Positions 1-12,573 of a stretch of 64,000 bases of DNA are shown here, piece after piece. This DNA is from Paramecium tetraurelia (taxonomy: Eukaryota). The stretch's first letter is position 1; each line of letters opens with the position of its first letter. Under the pieces are notes generated by a model. It saw only the letters and a program-made list of their open reading frames with translations, was not told where the DNA came from and did not search any database. Made by a program: the position numbers and the translations under genes. The stretch lies in the NCBI GenBank assembly GCA_000165425.1, contig CT868666.1:186001-250000 (forward strand). Direction: 5' to 3'.

Positions 1-846
1 CTGGAGAATAACTAAGAAATGAAATGAAATAAACAGCCTACCAAGAAAGGGATGGAAAACAAGTTAAAAAGAAGGAATAGAGATTCCCTCAACTTGTTCG
101 TTAACCTACCAATCTATTGATCGATACTGAGAGGGATAATATTTTGTATCAAAAGACTCTGTCGGAAGTTGCCCTTTCCAATCTCAATAGAGTAGCTAGT
201 CTTAGTTTATTGGGCCAAAGAAGCAAAAATAAATTAGAAACTCACATCAGAGAAGAGTTGAATCTGCCCAATAACTTTTCTTATTTAAATTAGAGTCTTG
301 ACAAGCAATTAAATAAAATTCTTTCAGATAAGGGTATGTGATAGCTTATGTTAAGATTTGAAAACCAAGAGAAAAAGACATCTTTTGACAGAATTGAAAC
401 GAATTGATTAAAAAAGAACAACTTCCAATAATGATGATATCTCCCACTTCTCTTCATGCATCGAAGATTATGATAAAAATCAAAAGATGACTGCCATTAT
501 CAATGCAGAAGGCAAATTGGCTTAGTTGACCAGGAGATACAAGTAAAAGGAATTAAATGATTAAAAATTAAAGTTGAACCTAAATATAAGTTTAGAGAAA
601 ATGTAAGAACGTAAAAACATGCGAATTGATGCTATTAATCCTCTGAGTCCTGTTTAGATGAAAATAAATTCTTAAAGATAATTCGATGAAATGTTTTATG
701 ATAATTCAGATGAAAGATTCCAGAATAGATTACAAGAGAAACATGTAAAATAAGTATGTTAGGTATGGAATCAGCATCAATTTCCAAAGTAAACAAAGCG
801 CTGGATGTAATTCATATAAAATGCACAATAAAAGAAAAAATAATGA
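1..846 (+). CDS. 3' part of hypothetical protein (5' end outside window)
   Basis: Open in ciliate code; 22-nt intron gtatgtg..ttaag at 334-355; ends ...NAQQKKKQ-TGA at 844-846. Confidence 0.65.
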
Positions 847-1606
847 ATTATTATAATTTCACAAAATACTAACTTATGAAAAACTTTGGTTAATCTTTAT
901 AAATATTGGAACCATAATTTGAAAATTCCCTTTATTAAACATTTTTAAAACTAATTCAATAATTTTTCTTCTGAAATTGCCTTTTCAATACCTATTTCTT
1001 CTTCCCCAACGATTATTCTGATAATCATTAAATAAAGGAATATTTTGAATGAGCTAACTTTTAATTTAAGGATTATAAAGAAGTTGATGGATAACAGTAG
1101 CCAAAATAATCATAAGATTGCAATATGATTATTTAAAATACTTAATTCACACAGTAATTCTATTAACAATAAGTATGATATAAATTTGTTTACGAGTCAA
1201 TAAATCTTTAAATATTGTATAGTAATATAAAATATTAAAGTAAAGATACAGATTAGTGAAGGATTGATAGATTGATTGGTTAATAAGTGCATGTATCCAG
1301 AGGAGAACGCATTTTTAATGGTTCATCTATTTAATTTTGTATGAGAGTCTTGTCAAAGAGAATAATTCTTCAGATTTTGAATAATTGATTTTAAACTCAG
1401 TCTTTTTATTTAGGCAGGAATAACAATTGCCAATCTTGCTGTTTATTTCAACTGTAAATGTATTTGTACAAAGCAAAGTAGATAAAGTAATAATATAAGT
1501 TATACTTAATACACCTACCTAAGGCTTTAACAATCATGCAGATGAGAGAGTATTCAAGTTCTTAAATCAAGATAAGGATTAAACATTTTTTTTAAAGGTT
1601 TTGGCA

Positions 1607-2826
1607 ATGATGTCATTATATAAGAATCGAAAATATCAATCTATTGATGAATAGTTAATCTCTTCTAAAGCCTCTATATTATTTCGATTTTGGATAGGAC
1701 TCATAGATTCAGCATTAAATTTGGGTAGATAATTGAATCAGAGAGCAAAGCCTAGATATTTAATCATTATATTTAATATTAGTATGGATTCTTTGGAATG
1801 GTTTAAGAAAACAAGAATTATTGTAGGTGAGGATCTGTATTAAGTTATCAAAAGCAAAATGTAAATAGAGTAGTATTCTGTTAATGATGTACTTACAAAG
1901 ATTGGAGACAAAGGGAATAAATTCTATGTAATTCTCTAAGGATTGGTTGGAGTTTTTGTACGAAATGAAGATCAATTAACAATGATAAATGTTTGCAGGG
2001 AAGGTGAAGGGATGGGTGAACTATCGATAATGTCTAATAAATCTAGAATGGCTACATTGGTATGCTTAACTGATTGTGTAATTGCTACTCTAACTGCATA
2101 CTAATACAAGAGATATGTTATGTAGAATGATGTTTAGAGAATTAACAATTTAGTGGCTTTAAGTGATAAAGTCAGTCTTTTTAATTCGTTAAATAAGTAA
2201 GGCAAGATAATGTTGATGCTATGCATGAAGGAGGTTGAAATTGTAAGGAAATAAATAATTTACAAATAAGCTTAGTAAGCCAAAAACTTGTATATTATAA
2301 TTGAAGGGTCAGTTAAATTGTGCTTAAAGGAAGGTTCCAAATAAAAGACTCTCTGTGTCATTAGCGAAAATGAGATTTTTGGAGATTTGATGGGTAAAGA
2401 CTTGTATCAGGAAACAGCAGAATGTGAATCATAGAGTTGCAGACTGTTGATGATTAGCAGGAAAACGTACTTAATTTCTTATGTAGTTTACAAAAGGTTC
2501 TTCAATCAACCCATTCTTTGGGGATTCTAGAAGAAATGAAACAAAATGCTCATATCAAATCCTGTTTTAGAACATAGTTTAAGGAAAGCAATTCTTTATT
2601 TTAGTAAGAATAATTAAGCACATATGAACCTTTTGAATCCACTCGGACTCTCTTTTATTCGAATGGAATATATTTGTCGGATAAAATGCTCATAAGATCG
2701 AATAGAAAAGTGATGCAATCAATCTTAAATAGAAGCAAAGTTCGAAGACCAGTGATTTGTGTATCTGTTGTCGAGAGAAAATCTAAATTGGATAGTGGAT
2801 TGAGATTGTCAAGTTGCCACAAATGA
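1607..2826 (+). CDS. Protein with two cyclic-nucleotide-binding (cNMP) domains; 5' end uncertain
   Basis: IGDKGNKFYVILQGLVGVF...EGEGMGELSIMSNKSRMATLVCLTDC and a second copy LYIIIEGSVKL...ENEIFGDL; TGA 2824-2826. Confidence 0.75.
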
Positions 2827-2858
2827 ATATATTTTATATATATATTTTAAAAATTTTA

Positions 2859-3564
2859 ATGATTTAACTGTCTTCTGTAGAGAGAACAACCATGATAGAG
2901 TTGTTCTCTACTTTTTTCGATCGTTTGAGTTCTCACAATTCCTAGAGAGAGTAAATGCTAAAATCATTGTACTAATTCAAAGCATTACTATATGCGAACG
3001 ATCCTGGAATAGAAAAATATTTACATGATCTACAAGGATAGAAATCTCCACTCAAAAGAGATAACTCATAAACTAAGAAATCTAGCAGTGTTAGAAAAGA
3101 ACAAGAACCAATTATGCGTCATCCAAAACGAAAAACATTAGGATGTGGACATGAAATTGATGTTGTAGATTCCTCTGGAGAATGTCTTGTATGCACAGCA
3201 TAATCAGTAAATCTCATATACTAAATAGCCTTTTGATGAATTTAAATCCAAATGCGCAAATGTCTTCAAGGTCTTACAATCATTAGACAATGATGATTTC
3301 TTTAGAACTTTGCAATAATTAGATGTATTTCATACACTAATACATCAGGATCCCTTGACTGTCTCTCTTTCCAAGTAAAGATGTTAGTCCTCTACAGGAG
3401 AATTATTCAAAGACCCCATGAATTATTCCAGAATGGCATTAGCAGAATAGCAAACCACCAATATCCAACAAATCATACGAAAATGTCTCCGATGCAATAA
3501 GGATATCCAAAATCACGATTCCAAAAACATTAGTTACTTCTGCAATTCTTGCAAAAACTTTTGA
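2859..3564 (+). CDS. Hypothetical protein with Cys/His zinc-binding motifs
   Basis: ATG 2859; short introns; LGCGH..ECLVC and KCLRC..FCNSCKNF-TGA. Confidence 0.55.
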
Positions 3565-4299
3565 CTTCCATTTATTTAGAATTAGTTAAAATATTAATTA
3601 ATTAAAATACGCATCTCAAGGGTCACATAACAACATCAATATAATCTTCCTATTTTGTATTCAATAAAACTTCATACAGATAATTAAATATATCTAAGAA
3701 TTACACTAAATTTCTTTTCAATAAATCTTTACATTAAAGTGAAAATTGATGATCCATATTATATTCTTTAAAATCTATTTTACATTATAGGTTGTTTTAT
3801 CAATTCATTCTTGGCAACCATTTACCTAAACTAGATAATAATGATATGATTTAAGTGAATAAAATAGAACAATTAACAAAGATAACTCAGACACAAACTT
3901 TTTTAATTATAAAGAAGAGATACAAATTTGGCACTTGTATAATCTTTGTTCTTAAATGTTATAAATTTGTAAAGTCCAAAAAGTTGCAATTCAAGTAGAT
4001 GAGATATATTAATAAAAATTAAAGAAATGAATTTATTCTATTTTAAAAATTTATGCTTAGAGAGACGTACTACCATTGTAGAATACAATTTATTACGAGT
4101 ATATACTCCTAAAATTAATTTAAATTCCAAAGCCTGAATACCAAACAAATAATTAAGTTCACGAAAAATATAACTGAATCTATAGCGGAAACAATTTTTT
4201 TCTATTGTTTAATATAAAATTACTCATCTAATGATTATGATTTTAAGAATAATATTAATTTTAATGAATTAATTGGAGGAGCTATTAAAGAAACCAGAG

Positions 4300-4450
4300 T
4301 TTTATGACAATTTAACTTTATGCTTTTTAACTGGAGTTAAAAAATTGTGTGCTTAATTCGAAAATAGAATAAAAATAGAAACCATACGAAGGAGAAAGGC
4401 CAAAAATGGAATTAGAAAAATAAAATACAATATGGAGAATTCAAAGTATT
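4300..4450 (+). pseudogene. Possible decayed HMG-box-like fragment
   Basis: With several indel corrections reads KPYEEKAKMELEK..IQYGEFK, like an HMG-box third helix; no intact frame. Confidence 0.2.
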
Positions 4451-4795
4451 AAACTAAATACTAAAGGGGAAGGTAATAATGAAATTTATGAAAGCGAAAA
4501 GATAATTTGAGCACATTTGAGCAAATATAATATTTATTAATTATTTAGTCATAATATTTGTCAGACTTAGAGGTTGACTTAAGATATTCATCAGACATAA
4601 TTAGATTAATTATTTAATTATTTTTGTTATATAATAGTTTAAATTGATTTATAATTCTCTATCAAATTTAAGAAGATCTTTATAAATTTGACTTTAGTAT
4701 TGTATTTAGTGTGCATTTATATTTTATATGCACTAATCAAAGAAATAAAAGATTTTGAATAAATGTGATTATTTTTATTATTTACTTTTCCATAA

Positions 4796-5770
4796 TCATT
4801 TTAGAAGGCATTGCTTCAATTACTAGATTGCTTCATAGTCTTATGGACAGTTGCCATTTGTAAATTTGAATCTCGAATTGCTATCACCATCCACTAATTT
4901 AGGAGATATATTATACTTTTTTGTATAACTGCTTCCAATCGCTTCTCCATATCGATTGGCTTTTATTATACAGGAGTTTCGATTGGTTGTGTTTCTTCAA
5001 CGGTCTATAATGGTTGCGGAGGTTAGGGCTAGTCAGGAATGCGATCTACTATGTTATCTTCAATCATTCGATCAAGAATGTTTTAAGTGTTGAGGAAGAC
5101 AGATTTTTAGAGAGCATTTTTGTAGTTGATTTTGGTATAGAATTTTTTGAAATTTTCTTACGCTATTTTTTAGGAGTAAGAAAAGAGCCATTTAGAATTG
5201 TTCATCTCTTCCTGGCATAGAATAGAGGCATACTTTTTTAATGACTTGAGTCGACTCTTTATCCTTTGGGGTGTTGGTGCAAATAAACACAGTCTTTTAT
5301 CTTACATTACTATCCTTTAAGGAAGTTGGTGCAATATTTGGTTGTACCAAAAGATGCCTTCACATATCTGTCATGCAGTGGAAATTCTTTCGCATGCCAT
5401 AAATTTTAAATATAATGTATACTAAAATCGCCATCGATGCTTCTTGCTCATTCCTGTATGTAATATAGGCAGCATGTGAAGGTGGATTAAAAGTGTTGCT
5501 CTAAATTACTATTAATTTTTGGATTTAGCCATACTGTCCAAAATACTCTGGCTTCTTTAGTAGCTTTTGACTAATGAAATATTTGATACTTCCTCCTTTG
5601 CTATGCTAGGGTGCCAAGCCTATCACATAGATTAGGTTTTTGCATATGATTCTGATTTCAGCCAATTGGGTTTTATTTTAAAGACTTATCTCCTTAAGGT
5701 TGTACAGAAACCTGGGTGATTCTTGTTGATCATCGCTATAGTATTCGTCTGAGTTGTCTGAATTTTACAT
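4796..5770 (-). CDS. Not4/CNOT4-like RRM + CCCH protein lacking the N-terminal RING
   Basis: KNLIYVIGLAP..KPEYFGQYGQIQKLIV..AAYITY..EASMAI (Not4 RRM), ASFGTTKYCTNFL (Not4 CCCH), C-terminal SRFKF; TGA 4798-4796. Confidence 0.75.
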
Positions 5771-5806
5771 TTAATTATTTATTATTATCTCTATAATCTA
5801 AATATA

Positions 5807-6600
5807 TCAACGATCTTGAGCTGCTAAAATTTTATTCAGTGTTTCTTCCAACACACTGAGGACATCATTCTCAGTAGCCTCTCTCAGCACTTTCTCTTCA
5901 TCTATCTCTTTCTTAATTCTATTCACCACGTCCTTCAACATCTCAAACAGACTCTGCTCTCCCTATTGTCTGCTCACCTTCTCCTGTTAAATAATCTGGG
6001 ACAACCTCTGCAATTCCTCAGTCAATTTTGTATTGATGTTTCTATCCATCTCATCCCTCTCCTTTATATTCTGCTGCAACATCTCCTGCAACTGTGGCAA
6101 ATCACTCTTTAATAGTTATTCAGCATTCTACCTCTAAACATTCATTTATCTCCTTGATTGATTGATTCCTCTCACTCTTCTCCTGACTGATCTGCTCTCT
6201 CAATTCTTGGATATCCTTCTCAACCTATTCATTGAACTTCTATTAACTTTCCTCTCTCTACTTGCTCAACTCCTCCAACTTTTCATTTACACTCTCCTCC
6301 GCCTTCTTCATATCCTCAACCATCTATTATTCATCTTCCTGCTTTGGTTCTTATTCACTCAACACCGATTACACATATTCCAAGCCCTCCTTTATTTTAG
6401 AGACCTTTCCTTCTAAAGTATCCCTAAGATCTTTTATAGCTGTTTCCAAGATTTCAACTCTCTCCTCTGCTTCCTTTATTCTCGAAGTCTTCAATCAAAC
6501 AAACACCTAATACTTAATCTTTGTGTCCCAAGGTTAACTCGCTCAATTGTCCAACAATCTTCTCTGCTCTGCTTCTTGTAGGTGAGTAAGGTCTGCTCAT
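5807..6600 (-). CDS. SF-assemblin/beta-giardin family coiled-coil (striated/kinetodesmal fibre) protein
   Basis: MSRPYSPTRSR head; C-term EQSLFEMLKDVVNRIKKEIDEEKVLREATENDVLSVLEETLNK typical of ciliate SF-assemblins. Confidence 0.7.
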
Positions 6601-6765
6601 GAATAAATTTTATTTTAATTAATATTAATAATCACATCAGCATATATAAAATCAATAAATCTATTTCATAAATTATTGAGTTCTATTTCAATTTTCAATT
6701 TAATTAAGATTAATTAAGTAGATATATTTAATTATACAAATTAATATTAATTACTTATTTGAAAT

Positions 6766-8426
6766 TCACATTTAAATTGAAATTCCTAATTTTTTGAGAT
6801 CCTCTATTTTCTTCTTCACTCTAAATTAATTGATTAGGTTCTGACCCAAATACACAGTTTTGATGTGAATCTGAATCTACTTCAAAATAGCATTCATAAT
6901 CATATCCAAAAACTTTTCAGTAATCACATTTGATTAAAGATACAACACTTAACAATGCAATTCCATCAATTTCATAGCACCTACATCACTTATACGATTC
7001 CTCATTAATTTAATAATTTTGATCTTCTTATTTCTGATTTATTCTTCTAATATCATTATTCCATCATCTCCTAGTTCTTAATGAATAAACATCAAATAAA
7101 GTACCTTATTGTGATAAATCCAGATGGTCACCATTACAATTGAATAGAATCGATTCCACCTTGGTGTTTAGTTTCTTCTTAGCTGCAGGTTTCTTGGGGG
7201 AGGCAGATTGTTGTCTGCTCTATACTTTTGGCGAGACCAAAGCGAACTATTAAGAAGCCCTTTTTTGATGAGGTTATTGTGGACTAATGGTGTGTTAGGA
7301 GATATTGTTAGAGGATGGTTGAGATTGGCAAGTAGATTCTGGTAGAGATGAGCCTAGGAATTCATTATGAGGTGGCTATTCATCAATTTCTTTCAAGAAA
7401 CTCTGTTCAATGATAGATAAATCTTTAAGGATATTAGGTTCATCGAAATACTCTTATTCATATTGATTAAAGGTTGGGATGGCAGAAACAATGTCTTGAA
7501 GATTATTTTAGAATTTGAGTAGATAATCGTCTATTTCTTCAAGGATTTAGTTCCCTTATTTATTCGAGGAGTCTTAGAGCAACAAAGTGTAGGGAATCTC
7601 TCCTTTTTCTTTGGCTAATTGGAATTCTTAGATTTTTTGATTAGATCTGATTTGTAATTTTATATATACCCAAGTATCCACAAATCAGCTTTGTCAAGGA
7701 TTTAATTAATAGTAAGAGTCTCCTTTTTAAAGAACTGATCCTCTAACTATTTATACTTTTATTCAATATCTTCAAGCACTTTTTACTATTTAAGAAGTAT
7801 CTAATTGATTATTTCCTAGGGTGATTGAAGTAAGATACTTTAAATTATTCTTCAGCAAGAGTTTACTATTATTTTATACAAAGCCTAATTTAATCGTGTA
7901 TCTTCTTATTAATGAGTGGCAACTTGAGTGACTTGATTTTATCTTGGATAGTGAGAGTCAAATTTTAGGTCTGAATAAGGTTTTCCTTGATTGATTTGTC
8001 CACATACTAAAAATCAATAAATATAGGTACATCAGCATTTTATATATTGTGTTGTTTGTGAATACCAAATAAAGCACAATTTGCACAGATTCTGCACCTG
8101 TCATCTATACATATGAGTTCAAGCTGTTTATGGTGTTAGGGACACTACTGTATTTTGTCTGGGTTCCATGTTAAATCATTATCTTGGCTTTTGCATATGA
8201 TTCTCAGAACAGCTTGATTGATTGGATAGAGTGTAAGATCGGCAGGTTAAAGTAATCTGATAAATTGACACATAGAGTACCCATCTTCAGGACAAATGAT
8301 CTTACTAGATTCTTTAAGACAGCGCAAACACATTGAATGACCGCATTTTGGTAGCATTTGAGGTGTTCGAGTGAATCTATCAAAATTCATTTAGCATTGA
8401 GGACAATGGAGTAATTCTTAACTCAT
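6766..8426 (-). CDS. TRIM-like RING + B-box + coiled-coil protein with C-terminal LRRs
   Basis: CPQC..LPKCGHSMCLRC..CPEDG (RING); CPQHHKQLELICIDDRCRICANCALFGIH (B-box); LMRNRISDVGA, LQSNVIT, LGQNLI (LRR). Confidence 0.8.
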
Positions 8427-8466
8427 TAATTTTATTATATACATATTTGAATTTAACCGAAATACT

Positions 8467-10789
8467 ATGGAAAACATCCAAGTAGCAGTCCGCATACGTC
8501 CTGATCCTGAACCTTCCATCTGGGCAATTCATGATCAACATATATTTCTTAACAATTAAATGAGAAAGCCACCCAATGGGTAAGGTCGTACGACTTTTGC
8601 ATTTGATCACTGCTTCAGCTAGGACAGCAAAAATACTGATATCTATTCGAAGGAGGTGAAATCATTAGTGCTTGGATCTACCAATGGTATCAATGGCACT
8701 ATTTTCCTCTATGGTCAAACTGGTAGTGGCAAGACTTACACAATGTTGGGTAAGGAAAATGATGAAGGCGTCTTATTGTAGAGTTTTAAGGATTTGTTTG
8801 CTAAAATTGAGGCTGATCTCAATAAGACCTATGTTTTACGTTGTTCATATTTTGAAATATACAATGAACAAATATTTGATCTCCTAAAACCATCCTCCAA
8901 ATTATAAGAAACCTTACAAGTCAACGAAGATCAAAAGAAGGAATTCTTCAGTGAAAGGACTCATCGAATAATCAGTATCATCCATCAATGAAATCTTTGA
9001 TGTGCTTAAAAGAGGTGAAATCAATAGGCACTATGCTCAAACTGCCATGAATCATAACAGTTCCAGATCTCATGCCATATTTCGATTGTATGTACAATCA
9101 ATCACCAATAATTTTATTCGACAATATAGACGGGAACAATCCCAACATAAATTCCCTACTCTAGAATAATTAGAATCAGAAAACAATCAACTCAAAGGAG
9201 CTATGGTAACTGAAAGTGTTCTCAACTTTGTTGATTTGGCTGGGTCTGAAAAAGTGTCCAATCACTTCGAGGATGCTGAAATCTAGGATACTAATCGCAG
9301 AGTGAAAGAAGGTCAATATATTAATAAGAGTTTATTCTTTCTTACTTAAGTCATCTATTTAAAGGCTGAAGATAAAGGCCATGTACCATTTAGAAACTCA
9401 TCTTTAACAAAGATACTTAAATCTAGTTTAGATGGATCATCCAGAACATTAATTATTTTATGTATCAATGCTGCAGCTCTTCATTTTGATTATTCCATTT
9501 CCACTTTGAGATTTGGGATGAATGCCAAAAAAATTGAAACCAAGGTTTTAGCCAATATTAATTATTAAAATGACGACGAAGCTTTAAAAATCGTACTCTC
9601 TGATTATGAAAAGAAATTGCATGACTACGAAAAAATCAGAGCCGAAGAAAAAGAAGGATTTGAATAATAACTAAATCAATTATAAAATGAGAATTAGCAA
9701 TTACAAAATAGATTAACTACATAGAATGCTCAAAATTTCAAATGCATTCCAAAACTATATAAGGATATTACTTGGGCAGATCGATTCAAGTATGATTTCC
9801 ATTGTGCTGGTGCAGGAGACATTCTAGTCACTAATTAAAAAGTTAAGAAACCCCCTCAACATGATTGTTAAGGTAAATTGGTTTTAAGTGCCTTAAAAGT
9901 TAGCGAATAAAACAGAAAGACACTTATTTCTAATTATGAATTAGTTAAAAATTAATATCTCTAATTAAACGAGTTCTATAATTAAAGTAAACTTAGGATT
10001 TAATAATAATATGATCAAATTCAGTCTCTTAATTCCTAATACAATAGATTATATAGTTATGCATCTGAAATGAAATAGTAGTTAGATTTTGATGTAAAAT
10101 AGCTAGAAAATTAAGAATTACATTAAATGATTTAGTTTTATTAAAATTAGTTATTAAAATTGTAAATTGAATGGAAGGAAAGAGAATAGACAAGCAATTT
10201 GGATTAACAATAAGTGTATAACATTGAACAATTTAAATTGATTGAGTAGAGTTCTTAAAATGAAATTGATGTCCAAAATTATTAACAAATAAATTTGGAT
10301 GAAATTATGTATACGAATATAGTGGAAGTAGAGATGGAAAATCAATAGGAAAAAGAAAAAGACTAAAGCATTGAATCTGAAGAATTCTTCAAAGTAGAGT
10401 TTCCTACTTACTTAAGGCATTCAAATAATATTACTAAACCATCTATGAATGAAACGGCTTCTTAGTAGACTGTTTAGGATTTAAGTGAAATTAACTTTAA
10501 AACAGTATTGTAAAGCTTTATCAGCGAGATGGATGTTCTACAAACTTCAACTCATCATAAAAATAATAGTACTTCTTGTAATAAGAAACAAACAGGCAAG
10601 TACAAGACACCTGATAAATTGAAAAAGTAGAGTACCAGCCAAACTACTATTAGGGGTAAATAGAATATTGAACCTACTCGTTAAAGTTGTAACAATATTC
10701 CAAAACCAAAGATAAGGCCTAGGCCAAGTGGAAATGGAAATGAGGAGTTGTCTATGCTGTTGAACAACGCTGAAATGAGTAAATATTGA
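8467..10789 (+). CDS. N-terminal kinesin, kinesin-7/CENP-E-like; one-base frameshift at ~8950
   Basis: IQVAVRIRP, YGQTGSGKT (P-loop), FEIYNE, NHNSSRSH, VDLAGSE, coiled-coil tail; TGA 10787-10789. Confidence 0.9.
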
Positions 10790-10814
10790 ATTATTTTTTA
10801 ATTATCATTTATTT

Positions 10815-11073
10815 ATGGAAGAAGCACGTGATTTTTCTCATGTTGGTTAAAAGATACTAACCATCGATAAGTTGTGTTATAAGAAGTGTCTGAAGAATTA
10901 TGAACGCGCTATGAACGTTAAAGAAGAAGCTTGCTTAAGTATTAAACATTTCTATCATAGAAAATTGTTTGGCCAAAGTAATCAACGGAATAGATTTTCT
11001 GCATAGCATCAATAACAAAGGAGGTTTGGATAGAGCACCATTTAAAACTGAAGGAGGTTTCTGGTCAAAGTGA
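10815..11073 (+). CDS. Small Tim (Tim9/Tim10/DDP family) mitochondrial chaperone
   Basis: Twin CX3C motif LCYKKCL...EEACLKNCLAK in a ~78-aa protein; one short intron. Confidence 0.75.
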
Positions 11074-11100
11074 GAGTTTATTAATATTTATTACTAAAAT

Positions 11101-11789
11101 ATGACTCATCAACCATACTTAAGTCTCTCCAAATTAAAGAGTTCTCACTCTCATCACGGTTACCATAAGAAGCTGATATTACAGCTTGATGAAGATGACT
11201 AATAACATATGCCAATGTTTCATCAAAATACGAGCAAGAGTAGACATCTCGAAAAGGGAACCCTCTCGAGGTCGAAAATTCAGAATATTGCTTAATTATA
11301 AGACATGTTTAAGCAATTCAAGCATTTTAAATGCTCTCTTCAAGCATAGTCTCCAGTGATTCAGATGATGAAATCAAGTCAGATCTCAAAGAAACCTCAA
11401 TCCTAATCGAAGAGTACATTGGATGCAAAAGAGGTATCATTTGAGGACAAACAGAAAATGATGATTTAAACACGCAAGACTATGTATCGAATAGTGATGG
11501 ATAATAAGTTGCGAAGTTAATCAATAAAGGATTATGGATTTAATTTGAGACCTCTGTTCAACCAAGTGATAGAAAAAAACGATAGTGTTTTAGAATAGAA
11601 GAGTAATTATAGCATAACTAGCTAGTTCAGGAACAAAGACAAGAAAAGAGGAAATCTGACTTGTTTTCACGCAGCCCCTTCTCGAATGCTTACTATGCAA
11701 CCAAGGCTCTTTCTAAGAGATCTCGCATGAATGTGTACGAACGTCTAGCACAAAATCTGCCTGCTGATTCACGATTCCACTACGAATGA
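11101..11789 (+). CDS. Hypothetical protein
   Basis: ATG 11101, long open frame in ciliate code with short intron(s), TGA 11787-11789. Confidence 0.6.
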
Positions 11790-11813
11790 TATTAATATTA
11801 AAAAAGATTTAAA

Positions 11814-12506
11814 ATGACCAACGCACAAGAGCGTATGTAGCAAGACTACATTTGGATCCGTGACCAATCCACTGGTGACGCTGATGTGAAGATGCGTACA
11901 TTCGGACAACATTATCTCTATTATCATGCTCCAAACAAGAGAGAGAGATTGGAAATGATTTGGAGATCCATGGGAAAAGCTTATGATTGGGAGATGGAGA
12001 AATTCAGAGTGAGGCTATCATTAATATCTTCTCTTAGATGCAAAAGAAGTTTATCGATAGAGGCAACAAGAGGAGATTCTTCAAGAATTTCTTCCGATTA
12101 ATCAAAAATCCCATGGGCTACATCTATTGGAAGACATATCGTATTAGATAACCAAAAGGACGTATCATCACAACAATGCTTGGCTTAGGTGTGATCGGCA
12201 CTCTCTATAAATACAAATTGGAATCAAGTAATCTGAGCATCATCATAATTAGATCAAATCTAAAAAAGAGAATATTACCTTTTGACAGCTGGTAAAAACT
12301 CTGAAGGAAGTGGTCTTATTAACACTGGATACAATAACGATAAGTAATTATTGCCTTGAATTATAAGATTGGCTCGTCAAGGAATGCCATTAACCCAAAT
12401 GTTTTACTCTTACCTTCATGCCAAAGACATTGTCGTATCCAGATCAAGAGACTAAAATTACAGAAAGTACTTCGAAATGAGAAAGAAGTATTAAATTAAA
12501 GAATGA
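11814..12506 (+). CDS. Probable ciliate mitochondrial ATP synthase subunit f
   Basis: EMIWRSMGK.DWEMEKFR..KKFIDRGNKRRFFKN.FRLIKNPMGYIYWKTY resembles my recollection of Tetrahymena ATP synthase subunit f; one TM helix; introns 12009-12037, 12228-12252, 12344-12367. Confidence 0.7.
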
Positions 12507-12573
12507 TCTAAATATGCATCATCATAAAGATTATCCCAAAACAAAATTTCACATAATACTTATAGTAAATCAA

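Noticed and set aside
1087..1600. Coding-like sequence upstream of the cNMP gene
   Set aside because: I could not build a consistent exon structure; it may be extra 5' exons, a small gene or a remnant
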